DNA from: Octopus vulgaris
Taxonomy: Eukaryota
Direction: 5' to 3'
Assembly (NCBI GenBank): GCA_951406725.2
Contig: OX597817.1
Coordinates: 61,318,001-61,382,000, forward strand
DNA: 64,000 nucleotides
Shown piece after piece: positions 40,297 through 54,787 of this stretch. Numbering within the stretch: the first letter of the stretch is position 1; every line of letters starts with the position of its first letter. The position numbers and the translations under genes are program-made. The notes under the pieces were generated by a model. That model was not told where the DNA came from. It worked only from the letters and a program-made list of their open reading frames with translations, and did no database searches.

Positions 40297-41189
40297 CTAG
40301 CAGTATCGCCCGGCGTTGCTCGGGTTTGTAAGGGAAATAACTATATGAGCATTTTTAGAAAGTTATAGCCAAAAAATAGCAAAAAATGCATTAAAAATGG
40401 AAAAAAAATTATGGTAAATTTTTTTTAAATCGTTGACTCATCGTAGACATTTTTAGAGAGTTACTTCCCTTATATAATAGCGAAAAAAATGCATTAAAAT
40501 GGAAAAAAAATGATGGTAAATTATTTTTAAAATCGTAGACGCGCGCTAATACCCAGAAGGGCTCGATATGAATCACGACTATAAGATACCCGGTTTTGGT
40601 TAAACTGCACCGCAAAATGTGGGAGTAGTTAGGAATCTAAATCGTAGGAGACAGACACACAACTTCACTTTTATATATAAAGACTAGCAGTATCGCCCGG
40701 CGTTGCTCGGGTTTGTAAGGGAAATAACTATATAAGCATTTTTAGAGAGTTACTTCCCTTATAAATTCGGGCTTTCTTAGCCATTTTTGTTTTGGTGTCT
40801 TCAAGCCATGAAGTCGTTGTTCTAAAAGAACGCTGGTTTCCTTCACAACGCATTACGACGTTGATTTCTTTACACTCCCTTCCCCACAGCTTCACGAGGG
40901 AGGGAAGGGGGAGAAGCAAACAGGTGCAGCTGTGAGCGTGGACGCCAACTCCGCCGCCATCGACATACGATGCATTTTATGCATTAAAATGGAATAAAAA
41001 ATGATGTTAAATTATTTTTAAAATCGTAGACTCATCGTTGACGCGCGCTAATAGTCAGACGGGCTCGATATGAATCACGACTATAAGATACCCGAATTTG
41101 GTTAAACTGCACCGCAAAATGTGGGAGGAGTTAGGAATCTAAATCGAAGGGGACAGACACTCACACAACTAGAGTTTTATATATATAGA
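40297..41189 (-). mobile_element. Non-autonomous Helitron, head-to-tail dimer (41189-40684 and 40683-40297)
   Basis: Minus strand: A|TC 5' end, CCCGAGCAACGCCGGG hairpin then CTAG|T 3' end, internal CTAG|TC junction, no TSD. Confidence 0.88.
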
Positions 41190-41989
41190 TATACATTATT
41201 TACATATATGTGTTATGTATATATTATATATATGTATACATACACATGCATATATTCATACGGATACATAAATCAATATGTAAACATATCCATATACAAA
41301 TAAAAAAAAACACATACAAAGAGATACGCAAACACCAAGACTTGTTTACATTACAGTGAGGTTTCTTACAATAAAAATAGATCGCTATCTCTGCCAAACG
41401 ATAACAAAAATCCTGCAAATGAGAGACCTCATCCACCTCCACCCAACAATGAAGTGACACGTAGGATATGAAATATTTCTAGTTATGAATTTTGCTTTTC
41501 TCATAACGGTTGCAATGATCTACTAAAACGTCCCGCGCTTGAAGTTTCATTTCTATTAACTGACTGGAGTGTGTGGAAGACTGGCACAATCAATGGAGCA
41601 GTTTTGTAAAATCGTTTGTCGTCTTTAGTTTCGTTCCTTTACGTTCTAAGTTCAAATATCATTTAAGTCTACTTTGACATTCACATTTCTTGGCTCTGTA
41701 AAATAGATGAAAGTTTATTGCTTCTGTCGATTTAAATGACGATAATCCTTCTCCAAAACAGAGTAACCCCTGCCTCAAAGTCAATTTAAAGGTAGAGGTG
41801 ATAAAAAATGAGTGGAAATGTTAAAAGTATAGAAACAGTTAATTGGTTCTGAACGTTGAAGGTGACGTTTTTCTCGGGGCCTAGGGTTCACCAAGGCTGG
41901 TTGCCCGGTTATTATGGTGTATAAGTCACTGAGATGACAACATTTCGTTGAACTAGACGCCGATCCGGTGCAGGGCTCAAGACCAGTCA

Positions 41990-42175
41990 TTTTGAGGGGA
42001 GGGGGCAAGTGAATTACATCGATCCTTTTTTTGAATGGTATTTTATTTAATCAACCCCGAAAGAACGAATGGCAAAGATGAACTCGGTGGGATTTGAACT
42101 CAGAACGCAAATAGCCAGAAGGGATGCCGCTCAGTACGTCGTCTGACACGCAAACTATTCTGCCAGTTCGTTGCC
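41990..42175 (-). mobile_element. SINE family B, degenerate
   Basis: GATTTGAACTCAGAACG...ATTCTGCCAGTTCG is the reverse of the family B head. Confidence 0.8.
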
Positions 42176-43710
42176 CGAGGAACATATTAGAAACGAATAG
42201 ATTAGTGAGGATAAAGAGACAAATAATCTTCTTCGACGGTTGAATCATAAATACTGCAAGTTGTATTAAGCATCTTCTCGAAGCCCCTTACCGATTTCGT
42301 CTCTTATAGATTCCATATTTCTTCTCTTTCTCTCACCTTGTCTCACTTTCATTACACAAAATACCATCATATTGAAACACTTCAATTTCTAATCCAATAT
42401 GTCGGATATTTTTGCTTTAATTACTTTTACTTTTTAATAATATATATTTATTTTATTTTCATTTCCTATCATCACTTTTTTTTTTCTCTTTTATCGTATC
42501 TTTATTTTTTCTTCTCCTTCGAATGTCGGGTATATTCCTGCAGCCGATGTATATGAGATAAGACGTAAAGTTGTTATGAATAACTTGTGGCAGGCGCCCT
42601 TGAGACGGCAAAGCAGATTCGACACTTTTACTTGGATACGATGTTATGTGAAAACTTCAATGATGTTATGCCATACTATGGAATTCCAGTGTCGATGTCT
42701 ACAGATGTTTAAGAGTGGCCTGGTTGTTTATTTAAAATGTTTTCAGTTTTTCTTATAATTTATTTATTTGTTACATTTATTTATTTATTTATTTATTTAT
42801 TATGACGTGAGGATATTATATGGTGTAATTGGAAATAAGGGATTTCAACTTCTTTCAGTAATATTCCAATTAGTGGTTTATTTAATATAATTATTGACTT
42901 GATTTCTTTCCTGTGGTGGTGGTGGTGGTGGTGGAGGGGATATAACGGATCTACCTGGTAGTAAATGCCGGCACTTGATGAATTTTAAATGGAAGTTAAT
43001 GATGCCTTCATCCCATCCATCACGTAACTCCTCATCGCTGTCACTCAAAGCCTGTGACCAAAATAGGACACAATATTCGCTGCCATGGATGATTGGAATT
43101 ATCCAACACTCCGGCCCTAAAACTGAATAACAACGCAGCATTTCCGGCATTGGGAGGGCCTGCATCCTTGGAGTGGGGGACAGGGAAATGATGTAAAGTT
43201 CATAGACGTCTTCCCCTTCTCCGAGTTACATATTTTAAAGATACAAGAGTAGATCTTTTGTGTCCTTGTCTAAACTTCAAGCTTCATACAACACTAACAA
43301 CTAATGAAATATTCATTATTCATCAATCCTCACCGGTTTTTACGAGGTGGATTTGTGTTTAGGATACACTTTTCTTACAGTTGTGTAAACTGACATATCA
43401 ATACATGACAATTTTAGTTATGAACTAGCAACCCCACGTTCAGTAGCCTGATGCCCCATCAACTAAGCCAACTTTGATACCTTGCAATTTTAAGAAAACA
43501 TGGCCGTAGGCATGATTGTGTAGTTTGCTTCCCAACCATGATGTCTTTGGTTCAGTATCCTTGTGAGTGTATTTAGTAGATAGAAATCGTGTGAAAGCCC
43601 GTTGTATACGCAAACACACACACATATATATAGAGAAATGTAACCACACGTGGACTGTTAGCAATTTTGCCTCCATCTTCCTTCTTTCCCTTTGGACTTA
43701 TCTGTTTTTC

Positions 43711-43752
43711 TTGTTGCTGACGAAGTGCTAAGCATGAAACGTAAAGCAACAA
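43711..43752 (+). ncRNA. Penelope-type minimal hammerhead ribozyme motif
   Basis: TTGTTG-CTGACGA-A-GTGC-TAA-GCAT-GAAAC-GTA-AAG-CAACAA: intact core boxes, stem II with one G-U pair, offset stem I. Confidence 0.62.
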
Positions 43753-44862
43753 CTCTCTTCTTTCCCCGAGCGTCATATTAATACATTGTTTGTGCTACAT
43801 ACTCACGTTTGTGTGTTTTTCTCTCTTTTTCTCTATTTTTTTTTTTTTTGACTGATATATATGTACGTGTTTTTGTGAGTCTTTATATATATTTTTATGG
43901 CCCTCCCCCACAACTGCTTGAAAACTAGAGTTAGTTTGTTTAGGCTAACAGAAAAACAGATCGACAGAATAAGTACCAGATTTTTAAAAATTATAAGTAC
44001 TGAACGCAATTCGTTCAACTAAAACTTTTCAACGCGTTGCTCCAGCATGTCCACTGCCCGTAAAAGACATAAGCATTTAAAGAACGCTAGGTGAGCCCCA
44101 ACCGCATTGTTCCTTGCTATGCATCAGGTTATGGGAGAGCGAATGTGGTCGAGTGTCTCACTTTCCAGATTTTTATTAATGACTGGAAATTTTAGTAGGT
44201 CATGTGACTCCGATGGTAGAACAAATTTACACCGTCCTCTTCGTTAATCCAAGAGCTTACCACAAGGATTACCAATGCCATTAAACTATCGTTGAGAATT
44301 TCTTGCGACGCGAAAGGTAAGATGGTAGGATAATCTTAGCCAGCTTTAAACTACATTTGGTGCTCCTCCTACTTAACAAAAGGTTTCTTTCTCCCCACTA
44401 TCCTTGAGAGAGAGACGGAGGAGATAGAGATAGAGATAGAGAAAGAGAGAGAGGCAGAAAGGCAGATAGATATACACACACACAGATACACAGAGACACA
44501 GACAGAGAGGCAGACAGACATACAGAGTGAGAGAGAGAGAGAGGGAGGGAGAGAGAGAGAGAGAGAGTGAGAGAGAGAGAGAGAGAGAGAGAAATAACTG
44601 GGTGTGAGGATTACCAATAGAATTAGCGCTGTTAGACTTAAACGCTCTGATGGGGACTCCATTTTAAACTTTGATGGTCGATCAATTTGTCCCGAATGAT
44701 TTCATCCGATCTTAAACAAAGTTTTTTTTCCGATTTTCTTACCTCCATGCATCGGGGTAACATGATATTGAAGTAGGCAGCACTGGTTTACATGTATAGC
44801 ACAGCACTGCTGATGTGACTTGAAAGTATATGTTTGCATGTATATGTCTGTTTTTTGGGGGG

Positions 44863-44921
<59 letters not shown>

Positions 44922-45214
44922 TCCAAATTAACGTGGATCCCTGTATTACCTTGAGAAGACCTCCCATGGACTCGTGATGTATGAATAAGAGTGTCTTTAT
45001 GCACCACACGAGAGGTCCTCCGAAGCTAAATAAAGCAGTATTTGGTGTTCTAACACAACCTCCACCTTCAGTTGGAGATAAAGATTACTTTTTACTATTC
45101 ACACTGCTTCAGTCGCTATTGAATACACACACACACACACGCACGCACACACACACACGCACACACACACACGCACACACACACACATACACACACAAAC
45201 ACACACGTCTTTGA

Positions 45215-45430
45215 TCTTTTACTTGCTTCAGTCATTAGACTGCGGCCATGCTGGGGCACCACCTTGAATTTTTAGTTCAGTGGATCGACGACAGGACTTA
45301 TTTTTTAAGCCCGGTACTTATTTTAACGGTCCCTTTGCCAGACCGCTATGTTACGGGACGTAAACACACCAACACTGGTTGTCAAGCGGTCATGGGTGAA
45401 CAAACAGACACAAAGACATACACATACACA
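45215..45430 (-). mobile_element. SINE family A, 3' half
   Basis: TTTTACTTGCTTCAGTCATTAGACTGCGGCCATGCTGGGGCACC...GTAAACACACC..GGTTGTCAAGCG. Confidence 0.88.
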
Positions 45431-45470
45431 CACATACAAACACACACACATATATATATATACATATATG

Positions 45471-45537
<67 letters not shown>

Positions 45538-46030
45538 ATGTGAAATATATATGCAGTATATATGAAATATATATCAAAAATATATGGAATATATATTCAA
45601 TATGTTTATAATCCAGAAACATGATGTTCACAGATAACCGCCAGACTTCGTATTCGTTATCTATTCCTTCTGTTTTGCATATGTGAATTACAGGGTCTGT
45701 CATGCCCGGAGTCCAACTTTGATAGAAATAAGCATTCTTGACTGCTATTTCTATTTTTTCGGTATGCGGTCAAGCAACCTGTTTTGCCTGTCCCTTTTTC
45801 TTATATACAATATATATACTAAACTTTACAGAAGTTCCTGCCGGTAATCGGCTATATTTACATACCGAATTCTACCATTAAATAATTGGGGTTTTTTTAA
45901 AAGCCTTTATAGAAATTATTTACTCTTATCATTATATTATATATATATATATATAGACATATATATATCAGAAATATTGAATTTCTAAATATCTCATAGA
46001 GATATGTACGGTGGTGGGGCGAGGCGATAA

Positions 46031-46379
<349 letters not shown>

Positions 46380-47084
46380 GTATGCATCTATGTGTGTGTG
46401 TATGTCTGTTTTATGTCGAATTATAATAAATATAATTTAACTATTAAAACGAACAATTAGGTGAGTCTTCATTTTCGTTACCCAGTACCTCTTTCTAGAA
46501 TACAAATTTATCCGGCTTCTTACATGAAAAGATGCGATAGTGACAAGGAAGTTTCGGCCTGCAACCTTCGTCAATCCAATAGAGACTATTAAGTAAACAC
46601 TTCGAAGTCACTGTTTCACCTCTTCTTATAAAAGTATAACGTATATACGTGTATCTTTTTCACATATTTCTCGTATAATTCTATAATCTAGTTTTTCTTC
46701 TGCTTTCGCCTGAACACACACACACACACACACAAATACACAAATACACACACACACGCACACACACATATGCTTATATATGTATTATTTTGAAATTTTT
46801 CTTTATTATCTAAGCTTCCTATTGACTACTTAAGAAACGTGCTGTAAAGAAATTACAACGGGCCACCAATATAATTTCTCGCTCTTCAACGAAATTGTTA
46901 ACATCTGACGGAACCAAAACAAAAAACAAAAAACAATTTAGGCCGCCTAAAAGAGAAGAAAAATAAGAAAATAAGTGGTAGTCTTTTGTTCTGTTTTTCC
47001 TTTTCTCTCTTAAAGGGGCAGCCGCACAACTAAACACTTTGGAATGAAAAGCAGACTTTCGAATTAAATGTTGTAATATATTTT

Positions 47085-47300
47085 ATCTTTTATTTGTTTC
47101 ACTCATTGGACTGTGGCCATGCTGGAGCACCGTTTTGAATGATATTGTGGAATAAATCTATCACAGCATTTATTTTTACGTCTGGTGCTTATTCTATCGG
47201 TTTTATGCCGAACTGATAGATCATGGGAGTATAAACAAACCAACACCAGCTGTTAAGCCGTAATGAGGGACAAATCCGAACGTAAAGACGTACACACATA
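47085..47300 (-). mobile_element. SINE family A, 3' half
   Basis: TGTTTCACTCATTGGACTGTGGCCATGCTGGAGCACCG matches the family tail. Confidence 0.82.
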
Positions 47301-47329
47301 TATGTGTACATTCATATGTACATATAAAC

Positions 47330-47408
<79 letters not shown>

Positions 47409-47419
47409 TTCATTGCTAA

Positions 47420-47630
47420 GGCAGCGTGCGGGCAGAATCATTTCATGGATGAAATGCTTAGTGGTACTTCACCGTCACTACGTTCTGAGTTCAAATTCCT
47501 CCCAGGTCGACTTTGCTTTTCATGCTTTTGGAGGCGATAAATTAAGTACCAGTCAAATACTAGGGTCAATGTGATTGACTTAACGTCTCCCCAAAACTTC
47601 AGGCCTCCTACCTGCTGTAGAAAGGGGTAT
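47420..47630 (+). mobile_element. SINE family B
   Basis: GTTCTGAGTTCAAATTCC...GGTCGACTTTGC...GATAAATTAAGTACCAGTCAAATACT. Confidence 0.85.
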
Positions 47631-47639
47631 TATTATTAT

Positions 47640-49125
47640 TTTCTCTTTATCACAGGTTTTGTTGGAGCTCCCGCAGTCTCGCATGCGTAGCGGGCTCACT
47701 ACCCGCAGCCTACGGTGCCATGCTATTCGTTCTTTTCAGCTAATACTTCCCTGATTATTCCTGATTTGCCAAATAGGTAAATCTTTTGTATACAGTTCTA
47801 CTGAGCACTCTGTTCCAATTTCCTTTATAGTTTCTAGCAGACTTTATATTCTCCTTGATGCCTTCTGGTACTGTTCCCAGGGATCCAATAATAATTGGCA
47901 CTGTCTTCACCTTCTTCATTTTCTATAGCCGTTGTATTTATCTATCTTTCCGCCTTCCTTCTGGATTATTCGTGGGTCAAAGGGACATGCAACATCAATT
48001 ATATCGTATATGCGGTGCTTCATGTGAAAACCCAGATGATTTTACTAGCCTCCGACTCCGCCACTCTCTGCGGTTTGTACTCATACCACGTCTTGCCTCT
48101 CTCTAGACCCCACTTGTCGCACAGTTTCAAATGTAGCACTTTTGCTACATGGTCGTGTCGCTACAACATGTAGTAGTTTGGGGCAAGTCTAGGGCATTCG
48201 TTCTTAATATGGGCAATGGTTTCATCCAATCTATTGCAGATGCGGCACAGTGGAGACACTTGCTCGTTCCTGAGGTAGACTTTCCAGTTCGTGACAAAAG
48301 CTTGGTCTTGCGCTCCCAATACAGTGTCTCTTTTTTTTAGTGTTCCTTTCATCAGCCAATCCCACCTATTTTTTCCAGCAACGTCTGTTGTGGCTACATA
48401 GAATTGATTGTGTAGTTTCCTTCTTGCGCATTAATTCTTCATCTCCCTTTTTTTGTACTTCTTCCTTTGTTTTTCCTTTTTTCTCTGCTCCCAATACTCC
48501 CTCGTTCTTAACTACCACTAGCAAAGTTTCATTACTTTCGGCTTTGTATCTCATTAAACTCTCGAATTCATGCAGTTTTCCACACTTATCACTCCACTTC
48601 CTCTATTTGCTCTCTTCATGTGTAGGTGATCAGTTTTGCACGTGGATGATGATCTCCTCTCATCGTTAAGAGCTTTCTGAACTTCCTGTCCATCTCCTTT
48701 AGCTCCTCCTCTGTCCGCTTCAGGATTCCAGTGCCATACCAAACTACTGCGACTGCGTGCGAGTTTACTGCCGTAATTATGTTTCTGACATTTAGCTTTG
48801 AAGCCTATATTTTTCTCACTTGCCGCAGGTACTCTCTTTTTGTCTTTTCCTTCAAGCCGTTGTGTTTGATTCCATCTACCTCGAGTATTCTCAGGTATTT
48901 ATAATTGGATTGAGATTGAACTGCCTTCATCATTTCACTATTTGGCAACCATATGCCTTCTGCCCTGACAAACTTTCCTCGTTTCATCACTATCCTAGCA
49001 TATTTTGCGAGTCCAAACTCCATCTTAATATCATTAGAGAAAATACGTACAAACTGGAGTAGGCTGTCCAGTTCTGCCTCAGAATAGCAAGTGGTTCAGT
49101 TTTCCCTTATCCCTTCCCAGATCAT
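47640..49125 (-). mobile_element. R4/Dong-type LINE pseudogene ending in (TAA)n
   Basis: LNHLLF, DIKMEFGLAK, YKYLRILE, AQDQAF, PLCRICNRLDETIAHIKNECPRLA, VPIIIGSLGTVP. Confidence 0.92.
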
Positions 49126-49735
49126 ACAAGAACACAGCAATTGCGGAAAACACCAAGTTCAACATTCTGATAGCTGACTTGATGTGAGTGGTGAGGAATG
49201 CGTCTCGCATGTGCGACCCTATGGAATGCACATGTATAATTATGTCAATAGAGTGAAAAATAAATTGTTTTAATAAAGAACAACTTGTATTAGTTTCTAC
49301 AGGCATGACAGGATATATAGTTTGTTTCCGTGTGTAACTTCTGAAAGCAATTTTTACAGGCAATAAATAAATGATAAAATTTAACGAGAATCTCTTGTGT
49401 GTGTATATGTGTATGTGCTCGCGTGCGCATGATCGGTTGTCTCAGGCCATAGCTTTATTTCAATGCTTAGTAATTGCTATCACTTTACAGGTCTCAATAT
49501 TTCTGACACCAGAAATTCAGTTTTCTTCTTCAGACTAAACTGTCGAAATATTGTTACACGAAACAGTTTAAAATCGAATCCTTTGCAACTGTTTTTGCAG
49601 AGGTTGACTTTTAGAAACGTAAATTCATGTTTTGAGTGGTTTCAGAGTGTGAAAAGTGATTCAGAGTTGTTATACTAATAATTTTATGATCTTCTAAACT
49701 ATATTTGTGTTGGTGAACATGAGATTTTTGTGTGA

Positions 49736-50185
49736 AGGGTGGAATTCAAAGAATTGCCACCAGTAGTGGATTTAGTAGAAATTGAACCACTAATGAAATA
49801 TTACTAAAAAGTAAATAAGTATGTCAAAGCGACAGGAAAAAAAGAAAAGAAAAAAGAAAAAGGAGGGAAAAAAGGAAAAAGAAAGAGTAAGTGTTTTATG
49901 TTATGTTTAAGAATATCGGAAAAATAGAAGAACAATTTTAGAGAAAAATATAACGGTTCAAATAATGGTAATGGTAGACGATAATTAATTGTTATGTAAA
50001 TACATGATAAAAACGGAGAATTTAAAAAAAGATTAATGGTAATGCATGTGATGAGGGGCGCATGCAGCCATTCATAACCCCATTATTGTATAATCATCTC
50101 ATCATGTATTGTCCCCTCTGTGGTGTCCTGTCTGTCCTTGTTTGTCCCCCACTATGTTTGGGCCCTTGTGGCTAGAAAAGAAACC
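49736..50185 (+). mobile_element. 5'-truncated LINE (Tx1/L1-like) with a 21-bp target-site duplication
   Basis: GAACATGAGATTTTTGTGTGA at 49715-49735 and 50186-50206; insert ends CCCCCACTATGTTTGGGCCCTTGTGGCTAGAAAAGAAACC. Confidence 0.8.
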
Positions 50186-51775
50186 GAACATGAGATTTTT
50201 GTGTGACTCAGTGCATAAGGATATCATAAATCTTGCTGACGAGGGCCAATATTACTCGTTAGATCCGAAATGAGATTTTAAGTTCAACCCTGAACCTGTC
50301 CAAAACAGTTTCATAACTTTGTCCTAAATGTCCCTGCTTGTTTTCAGACTTTTGGTTAGCCTTTGTTTCATACGTTCTGAGTACTATAAAAATTTGTTGT
50401 CATTAGTCCCGAATTATTACGGTGCTTGTAAAATATTGGGAATGTGTATCATATACGATGCATAGCCACCGGGGGAAGGGGGGGATATGTCCTGTGTGTC
50501 ACATGTGAAAGCTCATCTTATGCCCAGATACGCTCTGATTGCTCTGAAAGATAAATTGTACAAATGTCAGCAACTTCAAGCGCATTCTTTAAATGTGTCC
50601 GTGTGTCCTCAAGTCAGCTGCAGTGAACGGTTAATAGACGACACGTGATATAACGTTTGTTTTTGAAACATGAACTAAATATGATTAAAGTAACATATTG
50701 AGATAAACCTCGAGCATTATAGCAATATCTTCTCAGTGGCACAGACCCAAAACCCCGTTTTTGGGAGGGTTTTTTTGAAAGGTGATTCGAGTTATATGTT
50801 GTGAACCACGGTATGTGCATCTTGGCGTTTCATAGTTTTGGTAAGAGAGATATACCTCAGTTAATGCAATGACCATTTCACAGAGTGTTAGAGGTCACAT
50901 CTTCAAACAGTAGAAATATATTGGTCATTGGATAATGCTCCAATGAAAAAAGAAAAAAGAATATGGTTAATGTCCAATGTCTAAAGGCATTGAAATAAAA
51001 TTCCATTGTTTGAAAGTTTGGCCTGTACACACCCTAACACCTCGTATAATGGCTCTTGGATGCATGTTCTGGCTAAATTTCCGTCCGTATTTTTCTCCGT
51101 AGGTGTTCGGGTAAAGCCGCACGATATTTTCTACTGTTTGTTAGTCTCTTAAGTATTATCGTAGTACTTATAAACGATTCATCAGCACCATATAGGCTCT
51201 TAAGAAACCAGCACTTAGCTTTGGTTTCATTAAGTTATCGCAGATGACTGCCAACGAATACTGTAGAGATTCTTAATAGAACACATTGATCTGGCTAGAA
51301 ATGCAACGAGATGCTGCCAGTCGACTTCATCTCAGAACCTATAAGCAGGTAGTGTAACATTATACATACTCACTCATCTTACCTCTATAATATCTACGTG
51401 AATATAGATGACTGTTGCAGAGGTAATGCTATTACAATAGACATTATTCACACAGCTGTCATTTGAATCTGACAACAGATATCTCGCCATTAAAGGTACA
51501 ACGATTAAAACGGAACACACGTAATCTTTAAGAGAAAAGAATGCAAGATAAAGACTAAACTTCCATGATTAAATGTGGGTGGATAAATGCATACGTACGC
51601 ATATATATATACATACCTGCATACATACACACGCATATATATAAGGCTTTATGAGCACTAAACTAGGATACATTATATATACGGCTCTGTGTGTGTATGT
51701 GAGTATATATATATATATATATATATATATTACAGATATGTATACACGAATGCATTTGTATATAAGTGCGTGTAA

Positions 51776-51815
<40 letters not shown>

Positions 51816-52425
51816 CATAATGCGCAAATTCTTTATCAGATTGACTTTTCGATAAAAGCCATTTCACATCAACGGAGATGAACGCGCATGCGGTTTCATG
51901 GCCATACGCGCACAGAAGCAAATGAGATTAATAATAATGATATCGTTTTGAAATTTTCTACTTCAACGAAACAGCCATTTTGAACATCTTTAATAAATAT
52001 TTCAATAAATATATTACAGCTACACCTTTGGAGAGGATAATAAATCAAGTGTAGAACATCTGGAATTTATACATAAGCTATGCATGCACATTATTATATG
52101 TGTGTTCATGCACATATATATATATGCATATGTATGTGTGTGCGTGCGTGTGTGTGTGTGTATGCGCGTGTGTACACGAAATTAGTAGAAATAGACAGAA
52201 AATGAGCAATGAACAAATTGCAAGTAATTAAAATGATTACACATACGCGCACGCATGCACACAGAAGTAAACGCGCGCGCGCACCCACACATATACATGC
52301 GAGCATATATGTGTGTGTGTGTATGTGTGTGTATGTATGTCTGTGTGTGTGTGTTTGGATGGATGGATATGTGTGCGTGTATATGTATGCATATATATAT
52401 GCTTATAGGTAAAGGCATATGCATA

Positions 52426-52470
<45 letters not shown>

Positions 52471-52578
52471 ATAAATAGTAATGCAATACGAGAGTATTGC
52501 TTTCCAGTAAAGAATAGCCCGTGAGGGAAAATTATACATAGAAGTAAATATATGGCACAACGTTGTGCCATATATTTA

Positions 52579-52615
<37 letters not shown>

Positions 52616-53239
52616 ATAGATAGTTAGATAGATAGATGCATACATACATGAATATATATATATACATACATGTATATACATAAATATATATGCATGTGTA
52701 TATGCATATGTGTGTATATATACATGCATATATATATGTATATACATATATAAATAACTCCCAAAATGTATGTGTGTGTGTGTTTGTGTGTGTTGTATGT
52801 ACGTATGTGTGTATGTATATTAATCTTGAATAACATGGAATACTATCAATAAAAGTGCTCCATAATTTAGACGGTTGTGAAAATATTGATTTTTGTCTGA
52901 GAAGTTACAGATATTGAAGTAACAAGCAATGTCTTTCAACACTGAGTCCGAAACATTCCCAATGTCTCGTCACCAGAGAAATATTTCCTCTGAGAACATA
53001 TCTAGCAGTTGAAAATCTCAAGTTGAACTAAATAAGCTCGTAAACAGCATATCTCAAGGATGAAAATTTCTTGCTCGTGGTTATAGGCAAGGACTGTGTA
53101 GCTTCCCTTCCATAACATCATAGTTAACCAGTTGTCTTTCAGCCAGTCTCTAAAAGTCTAAGTGATTTGCTTTGACCAACAAGAAACATCTTTAGAGCTA
53201 TGAGAACATAATACTACCCGTTTTCGTTCTTGGATTTAT

Positions 53240-53895
53240 GAAATCTAGGTTATTAAACTCTCTAGTTTCGCTCTCTGTTAAAATATTCCATGTTATTTGA
53301 GAACATTTGGATCGTTGATCGTTGAGTTTAGAATAACTTCAGCGAGAGAAGTTAGAAATGTCTTTCTTCGTGACCTAAGCGATTAAAGATGTGTATCGTA
53401 TGCCTGCCCATGGGCGCTCTCGATATACCACTCCTTGAGTGGTGAATTTAAAGGAATTCGGCAGTCGTTAACTGACTGGGTGTTGACTGTGTGGATGTAT
53501 GTTTTTGCTGATTGTGTGTGATCTGGGAAACAATAATCTCCGAGCAAGAATAGCTGATCTTAACTTTGTGTGCATTGAAAAGATTTCACTATGTCTTGAG
53601 AAATATTGCTTACTAGAGACAGGAAATGCTGTCTATGTTTGAGACAACGTTCGAAAATATTTTCACGTTTTAACCGTTTCTAGCTGACACCTCGTTATAC
53701 CACAGGACATGGTCGAAATTCTTTGTCGATGTCTATTATTTACTCGTTTGGTTTTTATATAAAATCATTCCTGGGAAATTGGTGCTAGAGGATATACTTA
53801 ACTAAACTAATTAAACATATCTGTTCATACCTTTCTTTATCTGTTCTTGTTGTAGTCGTTTGACATTTCCAAATCCTCATCTATATACAGTCGTG
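53240..53895 (-). mobile_element. Penelope-like element (Naiad/Nematis-type), heavily decayed
   Basis: Minus-strand remnants LYIDED (cf. LYRDDG), HFLSLVS, FNAHKVKISYSC, TSLAE, QITWNIL. Confidence 0.6.
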
Positions 53896-54019
53896 AGTTA
53901 TGTTGGAAATTTGCTTTCGAAGTGGGCCGAGGATAAACAATCTGCTATCACAGTATCATCTTTTGATTAAAAAAGAAACCATCGTCTTCAATACTTCGTT
54001 ATTATTACAATAATGAAAG

Positions 54020-54240
54020 GGTGGCGAGCTGGCAGAATCGTTATAGCATGCCGAGCGAAATGCTTAGCGGTGTTTCGTCTGTCGCTACGCTCAAAGTTCA
54101 AATTCCATTGAGGTCGACTTTGTTTTTCATTCTTTCGGGGGTCGATAAATTAAGTACCAGTCAAATACTGGGGTCGATGTGTTCGGTTTCCCCACTTCCC
54201 CACAGAAATCCAGGCCTTGTGCCTATAGTAGAAAGGATTA
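54020..54240 (+). mobile_element. SINE family B, full length
   Basis: GGCGAGCTGGCAGAATCG head through GGCCTTGTGCCTATAGTAGAAAGGATTA tail. Confidence 0.92.
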
Positions 54241-54601
54241 TCACAGTAATAAGATCATTAATGTATAGAAAGGCCAAAGTTTTCAGGAAGAGGAAAAGAG
54301 AAATTAGGAAATGAGGGGCCACAATATTAAATTTGGTAAATCTGTTTTGCTTGCAATGGCGTAAAGCCACCTTGGCAACGGTGGCAGAGCAGTGCGATGT
54401 TCTAATATCATTTAAGGAGGTTGACATGCAGAATGCTCTGGATAACCATTCCATAATCGTCTTTTGGGTGGAAACGGATTACTTAACCTATATTTTTAGC
54501 AAAAAGAGGACGTAAGTCTTGGCATTCTTAAGAATATTGCAAAGAGGCTAATGTATTGGAGAGGTGTTTTTTTTTGTCTCTCTCTCTCTCCCCGTATGTA
54601 T

Positions 54602-54666
<65 letters not shown>

Positions 54667-54737
54667 GATAAATCTCAGAACGAGTTATAAACAGTAGCGG
54701 TAACACATCGTAACACAAATGGCAAATATGCGTCACG

Positions 54738-54787
<50 letters not shown>

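Noticed and set aside
42878-43230. Non-repetitive 95-aa minus-strand ORF
   Set aside because: No recognisable motif; begins and ends without convincing gene signals.
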